64,000 nt of DNA, from the NCBI GenBank assembly GCA_002269645.1, contig NIVC01001601.1:62001-126000 (forward strand), read 5' to 3'. A model generated the notes under the pieces. That model was not told the DNA's origin. It ran no database searches and was given only the letters and a program-made list of their open reading frames with translations. The stretch's first letter is position 1; each line of letters opens with the position of its first letter. Positions 39,362 to 51,234 of the stretch are shown one piece after another. This DNA is from Macrostomum lignano. Lineage: Eukaryota. A program made the translations under genes and the position numbers.

Positions 39362-39985
39362 GTGAGAAAGGAGAGGAGGGAGAGAGGAGAGGAGGGAGAG
39401 AGGAGAGGAGGGAGAGAGGAGAGGAGGGAGAGAGGAGAGGAGGGAGAGAGGAGAGGAGGGAGAGAGGAGAGGAGGGAGAGAGGAGAGGAAGGAGAGAGGA
39501 GAGGAGGGAGAGAGGAGAGGAGGGAGAGAGGAGAGGAGGGAGAGAGGAGAGGAGGGAGAGAGGAGAGGAGAGAGGAGAGGAGAGGAGGGAGAGAGGAGAG
39601 GAGGAGAGAGGAGAGGAGGGAGAGAGGAGAGGAGGGAGAGAGGAGAGGAGGGAGAGAGGAGAGGAGGGAGAGAGGAGAGGAGGGAGAGAGGAGAGGAGGG
39701 AGAGAGGAGAGGAGGGAGAGAGGAGAGGAGGGAGAGAGGAGAGGAGGGAGAGAGGAGAGGAGGGAGAGAGGAGAGGAGGGAGAGAGGAGAGGAGGGAGAG
39801 AGGAGAGGAGGGAGAGAGGAGAGGAGGGAGAGAGGAGAGGAGGGAGAGAGGAGAGGAGGGAGAGAGGAGAGGAGGGAGAGAGGAGAGGAGGGAGAGAGGA
39901 GAGGAGGGAGAGAGGAGAGGAGGGAGAGAGGAGAGGAGGGAGAGAGGAGAGGAGGGAGAGAGGAGAGGAGGGAGAGAGGAGAGGT
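39362..39985. repeat. 16-bp purine-only repeat (GGAGGGAGAGAGGAGA)n
   Basis: Seen directly; polypurine/polypyrimidine tract. Confidence 0.97.
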
Positions 39986-40882
39986 GAGAGATGCTTCACC
40001 GGCCGGGGTTTGCCGATCCCTGGTCCAACTATTGATAATTGGGCTAAGGAGACCAAGGACCAAGAGATAAACCAAACTGTCCGATGGCTAGGTTGAGCAT
40101 TAACTTTTTATGAGACTCAATATCTGGAATTTTTGCCGACCTGTTGGGAATTTTCAAATCTAAAACTCGCTTGCTTTTTACTGTGCTGCAGACAAAACGA
40201 GATGAAGAGGCAAGTAAACTGCACTCAGCCAGAGGGTGAGCTCGTAAACCGAGGTGGTTCAGAGAGTGGGGCGATGACTGACAATTGTACTCTTACTAAA
40301 CTGATAGAGAATTTTGAGTGTTTGGAGAGCTCTCGGCTTCAGTTCGTAGGCTTTCTGTTCACGACAAAAAAACTGCTGAGTGGGCTGTAGAGTTCGAACT
40401 AATTACAGTGCTTGTAAAAGTGCATTAGAAACTGAGAAAGCTTGTGACTGATTTATTAATAGAAAAATCTGTTCGAATTTGAAGAGGACTTTTATTTTAG
40501 ACAAGAATTATTACTTCTTGCTTTTGAATAAAAACTTTTTTACTGATTTGAACAAGAAATAGAAGTAAGTTATAGGATAAACGTTTGAGGATCCGAATCA
40601 ACAAACAATTCTGTACGAGTGTAGTTAGTCCTAGTTGGCTACGAGTGCCAAACTCCCAAGCGTTGCTCTACCTGGATGAGTAAAAAAATCGTACAGAAAA
40701 GAAACAGTAAACACAGCAAATTAGAATTAATTTAGTATAAAAAATAGATTCATAATTAGTAAGGAAATAAACACAAACTAAACTACAAAGACAGCGCTGT
40801 TTATAGTGTTAGCTAATTGTGTTAGCAACCGTTTTAACAGAGTCAATAAAGAACGTCCATCAGGTGTCCATTAAAACCTTTT

Positions 40883-41914
40883 TCAAACGGCCGCCCTAGC
40901 AACGGTCATAGCAACGGCGAGGCTCAGCCCGACACTGTTCAGCTTGTCGGCTCGAAGCCAGGAGGCGCCTCTGGGCAGGCCGGGCGTGCTGCCGGAGTTG
41001 AAGGACCGAACCACGATTCGGCGAGCGCCGAACGGGCTGGTGGGGTTCAGCGGCACCGGCGGCCGGAAGTTGCTGATCATGGCGCTGCCGTCCGGGTACT
41101 TCAGGCTGCGCAGGGTTGCCAGCACGGACGGGGGCACACGCTGGGCCTGCCGGTAGACGGTCCACATGACGTTCTGGCGACAGTCAGGCGTGGTGAGCGA
41201 GCCGCCGTACAGGTAGTACTGCGACCGGTCAGCGGGCACGAGGTCTCCGAGGGGAAAGGCGTCCATGTCAACCTTGGGCGGCTCGAAGGTCTCGTTGGCG
41301 CAGCCGGCGCAGCGCTGCAGCCGCGGGTCCGAGGCCACCAGGCTGATCATGTTGGCCAGCGGCCCGCTGTAGGTCGTCACCGAGCTGTCCGGCTCGTACA
41401 GGATGCCCAACACGGCCAGACCGCTGAAGCTGTTGGCGGCGTCTTCGAATTTCGAATAGAACTGGCAGTTCCACATGACAACGTGGCCTTCCAGAGGGTA
41501 GTGCCGGCCCTCCATCCAGTGCTCGGAGCCGTGCGAGTCGTCCGCGCCCCAGTGCCAGTGAATTGAGTGCGGCCGGAAACAGCTGTTCGGGTGTCCGGGC
41601 ACAGTGACGTTCATCATAGCCGAGGAAAAGAAGATGCTGACTTTGTGGCCATCGTTGTACACTTTGAACTTTCTGCCGGGCGTGTTGTCCTCCACAATGG
41701 AATAGGGCGGCAGGTCGGTGTCGTACCGGGCCTCGCTGTAAATCAGCTTGATTGGGGATTGGGCTCTTCCGCCGCACCACTTCTTGAAGGCGGACGGCCA
41801 CTCCGATGGGTCATTGGACACGTAGTCCCAATCGGTTGGGGCAGATTTGCCCCCTGGGAGCTGGACCAGCAGCAGCAGGCCTAGAAGACCAGTGAACTTC
41901 ATTAGCATACTCAT
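40883..41914 (-). CDS. Alpha-carbonic anhydrase, secreted or GPI-anchored, intronless, 343 aa
   Basis: Signal peptide (FTGLLGLLLLVQL), WDY, QSPI, NDGHKV (His64), HSIHWHWG (His94/96), SEH, EGHVV (His119), YGGSLTTPDC (Thr199), NFRP and a hydrophobic C-terminus. Confidence 0.95.
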   Translation of the reverse strand: MSMLMKFTGLLGLLLLVQLPGGKSAPTDWDYVSNDPSEWPSAFKKWCGGRAQSPIKLIYSEARYDTDLPPYSIVEDNTPGRKFKVYNDGHKVSIFFSSAMMNVTVPGHPNSCFRPHSIHWHWGADDSHGSEHWMEGRHYPLEGHVVMWNCQFYSKFEDAANSFSGLAVLGILYEPDSSVTTYSGPLANMISLVASDPRLQRCAGCANETFEPPKVDMDAFPLGDLVPADRSQYYLYGGSLTTPDCRQNVMWTVYRQAQRVPPSVLATLRSLKYPDGSAMISNFRPPVPLNPTSPFGARRIVVRSFNSGSTPGLPRGASWLRADKLNSVGLSLAVAMTVARAAV

Positions 41915-41990
41915 TATGTCAGACTGAGTCGGTAACTAATTACTTGCAATTACTATCGACAATTAGAGAGCTTTCGTCTTAGCAACCTCG

Positions 41991-41998
41991 TATTTATA
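41991..41998 (-). promoter_or_regulatory. TATA box of the carbonic anhydrase gene
   Basis: TATAAATA on the minus strand 77 nt upstream of the ATG, with a (GA)n tract at ~42093-42146 further upstream. Confidence 0.55.
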
Positions 41999-42098
41999 GC
42001 TAATTTAGCAGTGAGCGCGGGCCCCTCGCCTCCTATGTTGACAAATTAGCTTCAGTAGAATTGCGTCTTCAGTAGGTTTGGCGACTCCAGCTGAGAGA

Positions 42099-42150
<52 letters not shown>

Positions 42151-42756
42151 GCCATATTTAACGACGCAAATACGATTATAGCCAGGTGTTAGGAGAGGCG
42201 AGCAATGCTGCCTAGAAACAATCCGAAACTCGCATCTCCCCCCCTCCCTCCCAAACCTCTCAAGTCTCCTGCCATCTCAATCTCGCTGATGGTAAACAAC
42301 ATCACGCGAACGCAATAAAAGTGCAGCAGAGACCATCTTCTTGTCTTCTCAAGTCATAGGCTACGAGCGTATATCTTCGTTCAAACTAAGTGCCTCCTTA
42401 ATTCTTCGTTTTTTGTTGAACGGGGGTTGCCTTGTGCAAGCTTACCTACTCCAAAGCACTGCCTATGGAATTTTTTCAGCATGTCGCGCTCACTCAAAGC
42501 AATGAAGAGGGTGAGTTTGCGTGCTGTAAGTAAAAGCAATTTAGGCTCTTACACACAGAACGCATTACCTAGTGAATCGAAACCTGCTCAAAATAGCAAC
42601 TGAAACTCCAACAAAACTTTTTGTAGATGACGAGTGACAGAGAGTCTGCAGTCTTGCTTCATCAAACTACAAGAAGCAAACAGAATCTTTCTCTATGTTA
42701 TTGACAAACTGCATAATAATGAACTACTGAAGTAATAGAAACTTGTACAATTTTTG

Positions 42757-43160
42757 ATGGACGAAGGTTACTGGATAGACGAAGGTTACTGGATGGACGA
42801 AGGTTACTGGATGGACGAAGGTTACTGGATGGACGAAGGTTACTGGATGGACGAAGGTTACTGGATGGACGAAGGTTACTGGATGGACGAAGGTTACTGG
42901 ATGGACGAAGGTTACTGGATGGACGAAGGTTACTGGATGGACGAAGGTTACTGGATGGACGAAGGTTACTGGATGGACGAAGGTTACTGGATTGATGAAG
43001 GTTACTGGATGGACGAAGGTTACTGAATTGACGAAGGTTACTGAATTTACGAAGGTTACTGGATGGACGAAGGTTACCGGATGGACGAAGGTTACTGGAT
43101 GGACGAAGGTTACTGAATTGACGAAGGTTACTGAATGGACGAAGATAAATGTATCAGGAT
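42757..43160. repeat. 18-bp minisatellite (GACGAAGGTTACTGGATG)n
   Basis: Seen directly; gives the DEGYWM repeat ORF. Confidence 0.95.
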
Positions 43161-43505
43161 GAAGGTAGCTGGACCAAGGTTTCTAGACGAAGGCCCTTTA
43201 CACGGCTGCTGCTGTGTCGCGCCGGGACATCCGGTGGTTGCCGGTGTCCGCAGCGCGGTCCCCCTTTGGAGAGTCCAGGACGTGAATAAGTCGCTCGTCC
43301 GAAAGTCCTCAGGTACATGTGTAGCTAACAGAAATTCTAGGGGCCTGAAAACGTCGGAAAATTAGCCCGGGTTTGGGACGAGCTAGGTGAGCCTGTCCTG
43401 ATCGCAAAGGATTTTATGGTGGGGGAACAAAGACAAGAATTCTAAAAGTACATGTATGTGACTGAATTCCTTCGTGTACATCATTCTGTTGACAGTGTTG
43501 TCACA

Positions 43506-43851
43506 CTCATTTTGGTGCCGCAGGCACTCATTTTGGCGCGACAGGCACTCATTTTGGCGCGACAGGCACTCATTTTGGCGCCACAGGCACTTATTTTGGC
43601 ACCATAAGCACTCATTTTGGCGCCACAGGCACTCATTTTGGCACCATAAGCACTCATTTTGGAGTCATTTTGGTGCCGCAGACACTCATTTTGGCGCCGC
43701 AGGTGCTAGGCTTTGTCGCCCTGAAGCAAAATTATTGTATTTCCACAAGATCACAACGCCACAAGGTGGGGTGGGACGAAGCATTGGCATGTCCATAGCG
43801 TTTACTGGGGGGGACATGCCCCCTGCCCCCCCCCAGTGGCGACGCCCCCTG
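43506..43851 (-). mobile_element. MITE copy (9463 family) with internal 21-bp tandem expansion
   Basis: Minus strand starts CAGGGGGCGTCGCCACTGGGGGGGGCAGGGGGCATGTCCCCCCCAGTAAA, homologous to 9463, then runs into ~9 copies of GCCTGCGGCGCCAAAATGAGT-type units (43506-43700). Confidence 0.72.
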
Positions 43852-44544
43852 ATGCCCCGCATCCTTAACACCACGCTTAGAGGCAGAATGGCCATTCCGC
43901 ACTACGGATTTTCCCTGGGAGGTGACGATGTGCTAAATTATATATAAATAAAAATTAGTGTTCGTCTAACTCGAAATAAAAGAAATATTTTATTAGAAAT
44001 AGGTTCTCTGTGCGCTTTGAGTTACCCCATACTTTGCATTACAAACTGTTACTTAATTCGAAATTATTTTAGATTTCAACCACTTTTGTGGGTTTTTGTA
44101 ACAGTTTAGTGTAATGTCCGCGTAAAATAATTATTCAAGCGTGGTAGACTAGTATTAGTAGACTGCACGTACATGCAAATACACATGTTTTTTGTTGAAG
44201 AATATCGTTTTCAGCCTTCTAGATAGAACGATTACATTCAGAACAACAACATACTGTCATATATTAGGCAACTCCCTGCCCGCACATGATGCTTCCCAAA
44301 TATTCCCGAAATATAGAAGTTCCTTTGAAAGTATCCATAAATACTCGTAGAAGGCATCCAGCATTGTCTTCACTCGAGCCTGGCTTTTGCATACGGGAAA
44401 CTGTCAGACAAAAGCGAACCAAAAAACAACCGTCTTTTTACGCATCATTTACTGTATTTAATATCGCTACGAGAATTCGTGGATATCAAGGAACAGTAGT
44501 TATTAATACTTCTAGATACGCCTACAGAAGGAATGACTTATTGC

Positions 44545-46305
44545 GGAGCTGTTGGAGTGGTGGAATGGGGGCGGAGCTGTTGGAGGGGTGGCGGTATGGG
44601 GGCGGAGCTGTTGGAGGGGTGGCGGTTGGGGGCGGAGCTGTTGGAGGGGTGGCGGTATGGGGGCGGAGCTGTTGGAGGGGTGGCGGTTGGGGGCGGAGCT
44701 GTTGGAGGGGTGGCGGTATGGGGGCGGAGCTGTTGGAGGGGTGGCGGCATGGGGGCGGAGCTGTTGGAGGGGTGGCGGTTGGGGCGGAGCTGTTGGAGGG
44801 TGGCGGTATGGGGGCGGAGCTGTTGGAGGGGTGGCGGTATGGGGCGGAGCTGTTGGAGGGGTGGCGGTTGGGGGCGGAGCTGTTGGAGGGGTGGCGGTAT
44901 AAAAGGCGGAGCTGTTGGAGGGGTGGCGGTATGGGGGCGGAGCTGTTAGAGGGGTGGCGGTATGGGGGCGGAGCTGTTGGAGGGGTGGCGGTTGGGGGCG
45001 GAGCTGTTGGAGGGGTGGCGGTATGGGGGGCGGAGCTGTTGGAGGGGGGCGGTATGGGGGCGGAGCTGTTGGAGGGGTGGCGGTATGGGGCGGAGCTGTT
45101 GGAGGGGTGGCGGTTGGGGGCGGAGCTGTTGGAGGAGTGGCGGTATGGGGGCGGAGCTGTTGGAGGGGTGGCGGTATGGGGGCGGAGCTGTTGGAGGGGT
45201 GGCGGTATGGGGGCGGAGCTGTTGGAGGGGTGGCGGTTGGGGCGGAGCTGTTGGAGGAGTGGCGGTATGGGGGCGGAGCTGTTGGAGGGGTGGCGGTATG
45301 GGGGCGGAGCTGTTGGAGGGGTGGCGGTATGGGGGCGGAGCTGTTGGAGGGGTGGCGGTATGGGGGCGGGGCTGTTGGAGGGGTGGCGGTATGGGGGCGG
45401 GGCTGTTGGAGGGGTGGCAGTGAGCTGTTGGAGGAGTGGCGGTATGGGGGCGGAGCTGTTGGAGGAGTGGCGGTATGGGGGCGGAGCTGTTGGAGGGGTG
45501 GCGGTATGGGGGCGGAGCTGTTGGAGGGTGGCGGTATGGGGCGGAGCTGTTGGAGGGGTGGCGGTATGGGGGCGGAGCTGTTGGAGGGGTGGCGGTATGG
45601 GGGCGGAGCTGTTGGAGGGGTGGCGGTATGGGGCGGAGCTGTTGGAGGGGTGGCGGTATGGGGGCGGAGCTGTTGGAGGGGTGGCGGTTGGGGGCGGAGC
45701 TGTTGGAGGGGTGGCGGTATGGGGGCGGAGCTGTTGGAGGGGTGGCGGTATGGGGGCGGAGCTGTTGGAGGGGTGGCGGTATGGGGGCGGAGCTGTTGGA
45801 GGGGTGGCGGTATGGGGGCGGAGCTGTTGGAGGGGTGGCGGTTGGGGCGGAGCTGTTGGAGGGGTGGCGGTATGGGGGCGGAGCTGTTGGAGGGGTGGCG
45901 GTATGGGGGCGGAGCTGTTGGAGGGGTGGCGGTTGGGGGGAGCTGTTGGAGGGGTGGCGGTATGGGTGCGGAGCTGTTGGAGGGGTGGCGGTATGGGGGC
46001 GGAGCTGTTGGAGGGTGGCGGTATGGGGGCGGAGCTGTTGGAGGGGTGGCGGTATGGGGCGGAGCTGTTGGAGGGGTGGCGGTATGGGGGCGGAGCTGTT
46101 GGAGGGGTGGCGGTATGGGGGGCGGAGCTGTTGGAGGAGTGGCGGTATGGGGGGCGGAGCTGTTGGAGGAGTGGCGGTATGGGGGGCGGAGCTGTTGGAG
46201 GAGTGGCGGTATGGGGGGCGGAGCTGTTGGAGGAGTGGCGGTATGGGGGGCGGAGCTGTTGGAGGAGTGGCGGTATGGGGGGCGGAGCTGTTGGAGGAAT
46301 GGCGA
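44545..46305. repeat. ~31-bp G-rich satellite (GGCGGAGCTGTTGGAGGGGTGGCGGTATGGG)n
   Basis: Tandem copies seen directly, with extreme G skew. Confidence 0.97.
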
Positions 46306-46862
46306 TGGCGTGCAAAGCTGTGATTGAGTTGTGAAGAGCGCGGATTTATCCTGAGACTTTTTGGAGTAGTGATCGAAGTTATCAAGTCGACGAAGATCGA
46401 CTCTGGGCATAAACTGTAAGTCTATGTCTATTAAGGAATGTAGTCTAAAAAATACATTGACAGGAAAGCAAAGTTCAGTTTTACAAAAAAATAAGTTTTA
46501 GTCCATTAGGAGGTTAGCAAAATTGTCAGTAATAAACAGAGTTCCACCGGAACTTTCAGCGTCCAGGAAGTGCCCGTTGGTCAACCGCCTGCAATCGCCG
46601 AGTGTTAGTCTGCCCGTGGGCAAATGGAGCAAATCATGTTGCTTGAGTCACGTTTCTGAATTTTGTGCACGTGAAGGTACGAGTATAGAGTCAAGAAAAA
46701 ACTATGGGAAACCCTAGGGCCATTGATTCATTTTTTACTTATAATGGACTCAGACCTTGACTAATCCCTACTTCACTGAAATTAAACAACGAGCCGCATG
46801 CAGGACTCTCGTATGACAATGCAATCAAGGTAAACAGAATCACAGCATTTCGTGGAACTTAC

Positions 46863-47785
46863 GGTCATTCGGTTCATGTATGTAAGTGCCGAACACCTGA
46901 ACCTCGCAGAGCATCATCCATATATGGTCTCGGTTATGCACCATCACTACGTTACCCACTAGGTTGCAGTGGAAGGTCTTGACACTGAACGCATCGTGAG
47001 ACATGTACGATCCGCACTCGTTGCCATCTACTGTGACCTTGAAGTTCCACAGTCTCTTAATAGTGCGGGATCGATTATGTTGAACACTTTGATCTGGGTG
47101 ATGCGGGCAAGCCTATGTGTTTTTGCCATCCACCAGCCCTTCTCCCGGAGGGTGTGGCTGCAAGAGTTCTGATTGCCGTACTGGTTAGTGTTTCCGTCGA
47201 TGGCTCTGCTGCAGACCCATGTCGAGTAAGTTGAGCTCTGGGAGCAATTGGTGAGCGCAGCATACCTGAAATCATAAAATCAGTTTACGTTGTCGCATCG
47301 TATTTTTGTGTTTTCTGTATTTCTGTGATTAAATATTAATCACTAGCACTAAAATTAAATAATGTTTAGTTCGACAAGGTGTCATGGGACTTACTTGGCC
47401 AACTTGACGCTTCATAGACTTGGTTGTGAAACCTGCCTCCACAGGTGCCGCTGCTGCCACTGTACTGCATCGAGCACTTCTCTTCCTGCCTCCTCGGGTA
47501 CCGACCGAACTTGCTGCCGCACCAGCACTCGTTGGAGTTCTGCAGGCCAAAGTCCTGCTGGTGCCACTTCTCACAGAGCTGGTCGCAAAGACCAACGTAC
47601 ATGCCTCTATCGTCGAGGAAGCACCCGATGTAGCGATACGAATACACTGGAATAGCGAGCGATCCAGCGAATTATTTGCAACCCATTTTGTACCAACTCG
47701 CACTTCTAATGCTAAAAATGCACCAACCTTGCGATAGTGAATGAAGCAGGCAGGTTGCCATCAGTAGCCAGGTGCCGCGCGCCAT
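46863..47785 (-). pseudogene. Secreted WSC-domain + F-type lectin (FTP/fucolectin) domain gene with two frame disruptions (pseudogene or assembly indels)
   Basis: Exon 47785-47728 (MARGTWLLMATCLLHSLSQ, signal peptide); exon 47646-47395 (YRYIGCF...FGLQNSNECWCG...CGG...VY, WSC); exon ~47265-46863 (YAALTNCSQSSTY...RAIDGNTN...CSHT...WWM...IKVF then NR...RLWNFKVTVDG...C...C...LCEVQVFG, FTP). A GTAAGT donor follows at 46862. Confidence 0.78.
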
Positions 47786-50700
47786 TTTTACTGAGAAAAT
47801 TTAAGAGCCCAATCTTCTCTTAGTTCGGAAATTGAGCCAGCTGGTTATTATAATTTATTTAAGAAACTCACACAACCAGGATATGCGCAGCTCCGCTGTA
47901 TCTGTAAGACTTCTCTTAGGTCTCCGGCTATACTTCTCTGGTCGTCTAGGCGGTCTTGCTGGATTACTTCCGCTGTCTTCGGAGCCTAAGAGAGCTTATA
48001 AAAGAGATCGCTACTCGTGCCTGTAGCACAAATAACAAATATGAGTCTTTAGATTTTTGGTTAACTACACTGGAATCCAGGCTATAGAATTAGAGTCTCA
48101 GCAAGAGTTGCCCATTTCCAAAGAGGCCGTGTCTATTTTATAAATCTTTCGATACACGCCATCCCCCGCCACTGATTAGCAACGGGGGTGCCAGAACAGA
48201 CGCAGCAACATTAGATTAGCGAGTTGCTACGGGGCGAGAGAGATAATTTGAAATCTGTTATTTGGTCGCATCAGGATGTGTTCAAAGGCAGATCCACGCA
48301 CGTCACCGCTGCCCTTGGCCTGTTGACCATCGCTCTGTCTCGCCCGCCAGTCGGGGTATCTTGCCGTATCGCTTCTCCTGGCACCGCACCGACTGACTCT
48401 GCCTGTACATCGGCTGACGTTGAAGTCATCTCGCTTGGTCTGTAATCTTGGGGAAAGGTGACAGTAAAATTCTTATCATATCTATAATTTATTTCAATTT
48501 CTATCTGTTCTTTTAATTTCTTTTACTTAGGTGCCTTATCTCTAAAGTTCTGTTTCCAGTCCTTTAGCTTTCGCTTTACCTCTGACGACCTTTAATGATG
48601 CTTAATTTTTGCTAATTTCTAATCCCTATAGTATCCCCCTCACTCCAGCACCAAATCCTTCATCTCTGTGTGCTCCTACTCAAGTCTTCTCAAACTAGAG
48701 CTAGCTAGTACGCTCGTAATGAAGCCAAGTGACTGCCCCAGAAAATGAGTGCTTTAATTGCTAACTCGGTGTTTCCTTTCTTATCCCGGTGTTTTAGCAA
48801 ATGCAGGATTTGCATTCGAAATCGAATTCGATTCGAAAATAGAACTCGAAACAAGTTTACGCGGTTTGCGAGTATAGTTTAGTTAAGTTTAGTTTAGTTC
48901 ACTTGTACAGCTCAAGCTGCTGACCCAGAGACACTGGCCTGGCTATTGTGTTAGCCACATACAAGGCCAGCCCAGCGTATTCACTTGTTTATTTTTAAAG
49001 CTTCCAATGCCACTCGATACAGCCAGTAAAACAAACTTACTTGCTAAAGAGTAGTTCTCAAGACAGGGCTTCTGGTGCAAATGAACAAAAAACATCCTCC
49101 CTGATTAGATTGGACGCGCAAATCTATTATGCATAACATCCAACATCCCCCTAGGAAGCTGTGGTGGATTTACGAGTACACTGCCATTATCCGCCTCTCG
49201 ATCAGTTAATTAAGAGGGTAACCACGACGCTCTCTCAGGCTTTGGATCATGCGTTCTCATATCAAGGGAGAAGCGGTGTGGAGCTACTGCCAGTACAGTG
49301 GACCCCATTGGGCCAGCTCTGCCGTAGCACCACCAGCTCCAGATCTGTCCTGGACTGCAACGCCCAGCTCAATGGATTCCGGGCAACGATGGTCCTGGGC
49401 CCCCATCGATCCCTGCCTCGGTGATCAACTCCCGCGTCAAGCGCTGAGCTGATTTCGAGCATCTCCGCAGTTGGGCGCGACCACCCGAAATTTGTTCTAC
49501 CGCGTCCCCTGTCCTTCCACACTCGTTTTTTTAGCCCTCATGCTAACTGCAGGGGGACATTAAAAGCAGTCAGCATATGGGCTCTCCATGCATGGCTGCT
49601 TCTCTCGCCCGTTTCCTTTAGGGCCTTTGGAGTGGCGCCCCCCCCCCAATTTCTGTCGTTCAGGCACTGAAAACGCGGAGCCCTTTTACCTGCTATACAG
49701 ACTGCCACTGTCTTCACCAGGGCCAGGCTCACTCAACCTTAGGCCAAACTCGGCTCTCTCTGACGTTTGCAAGCCCAAGAGCATACTCCTGATGGGTTCG
49801 GCCTTTTTAAGCCTATAGCTTCGGGCCTCGGAACTCAGAAATGAATCACTTAAAGCTCCGGCCTCTCACTCCTGCCAGATGGTCAGCCCCGTGGTAGCTA
49901 GATTGTGGGCGAGCAGCAAGGTCCTATAGCTAAGAGAAGACAGCGAGAGACAAGCAGGGAGAATTTGAAAGGTTGAGATTAGCTAATCCACAGACTAACT
50001 AACCCGCTGCCACCAGTCCGTGCGCCCCGGCTCACCAAACCGGAGCTATCGAAATCGGACTTCCGACTAGAGGGGCACTGCACTTACCTGCCATCTAGTG
50101 TCTTTTAGCTGTCTAAATCTCGAAGTCATTGCCGAATAGAAGGGACGCTGCTGTGACTAAGATCGCATTGGCCATGCAGGGACAGAGAGGACTTCTGCAG
50201 GGGGTTCTTGCCCTGGCGAGCCTCTATACACTACTGAAAGTACTATTTCATTACCAAATTCCTAGAAGTACACGTACAAATACACGTAACTGCACGCTTT
50301 TGGCACTAAATGTGTTAACATGTCGACAGACAGCGATGATGTAGATGTACTGTTACTTTCGGAGACCTTCAGACTAATATTTATCTCGTTTTAGCCGCTT
50401 AGCTGCCTGAGACCGCGCGAAAGCGCCAGTCTGGCACTTAATTCGCATGCTTATCATTATTTCTGAGATCGACTGATTGACTGGGAACTGTGCCGCTTCC
50501 GGTCCACTGTGACCCCTGCCCCTAGATCTAGCCACTCATCTCAGCTGGCATTGCGAAAAAGAAAGAAAACATTAAGTCTTTAATTTCCAGATTTAACTTT
50601 CTCACTTAATCCGCAATCCTAGACACTTTAGATTGAGTTAGAGCGAATGGCTACTTTTAATATTAACTGACACTTCTGCCTCGAGATTGGCACACAAAAG

Positions 50701-51102
50701 CAAGTAAGCAAAAGTGCAAATCCTATCATACTACCTAGGAAGGGGTCAGACAAAGGGCGCACCCAGTTAAGCAGGTCAAGAAAGCCTCTCACCAAACCAA
50801 TCAGAGGACCTATCTGCCGGTAGCCAAGGAATCCACAGAGACCGCAGCGCTCGGATGGGATGCTGCTGCTGATCTTAACAGACGAGTGCCTGCCGGTGGT
50901 CGTTGCTGCTCTTAGATCACTGCCGGGAAATATCGATGATGCTTCTCAGGGGGAACTTAGCTGCTGAAGCCGGAACTGCCGGGGGAAGGGGACCAGACGT
51001 CGAAGACGCAGCAGATACCGAAGGGGCCGTCTAAGACGGGGTTAGGACCGTGCAAGAAGGGAGGTCCCAGCCGGACTTTTTGAGCGCGGGTCGAGTTGCC
51101 GC

Positions 51103-51234
51103 CTTTTATAGCTCTCATGCGGCCGATTTGTTATAACGCGCGCCGAATTTTCTGATTGGCTGAGAGCTTTTTTAAAATAGGCGCCGAATTTTCTGATTGG
51201 TCGAGCCGGGGGCAGTCAGGTCGACTCTGATTGG
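51103..51234 (-). promoter_or_regulatory. TATA plus triple CCAAT promoter-like module
   Basis: Minus strand carries CCAATC at 51229-34, 51195-200 and 51154-59, and TATAAAAG at 51103-51110. GCGCCGAATTTTCTGATTGG is duplicated. Confidence 0.5.

Noticed and set aside
39298-40096. Leu/Ser/Pro and Arg/Glu/Gly ORFs
   Set aside because: Translation of a 16-bp purine repeat.
44286-46410. Long ORFs of 470-682 aa on both strands
   Set aside because: They arise from a ~31-bp tandem repeat lacking stops in several frames; there is no domain content.
49161-49818. Short ORFs between the lectin gene and the Gypsy element
   Set aside because: No recognisable domain and no coding-like consistency across frames.
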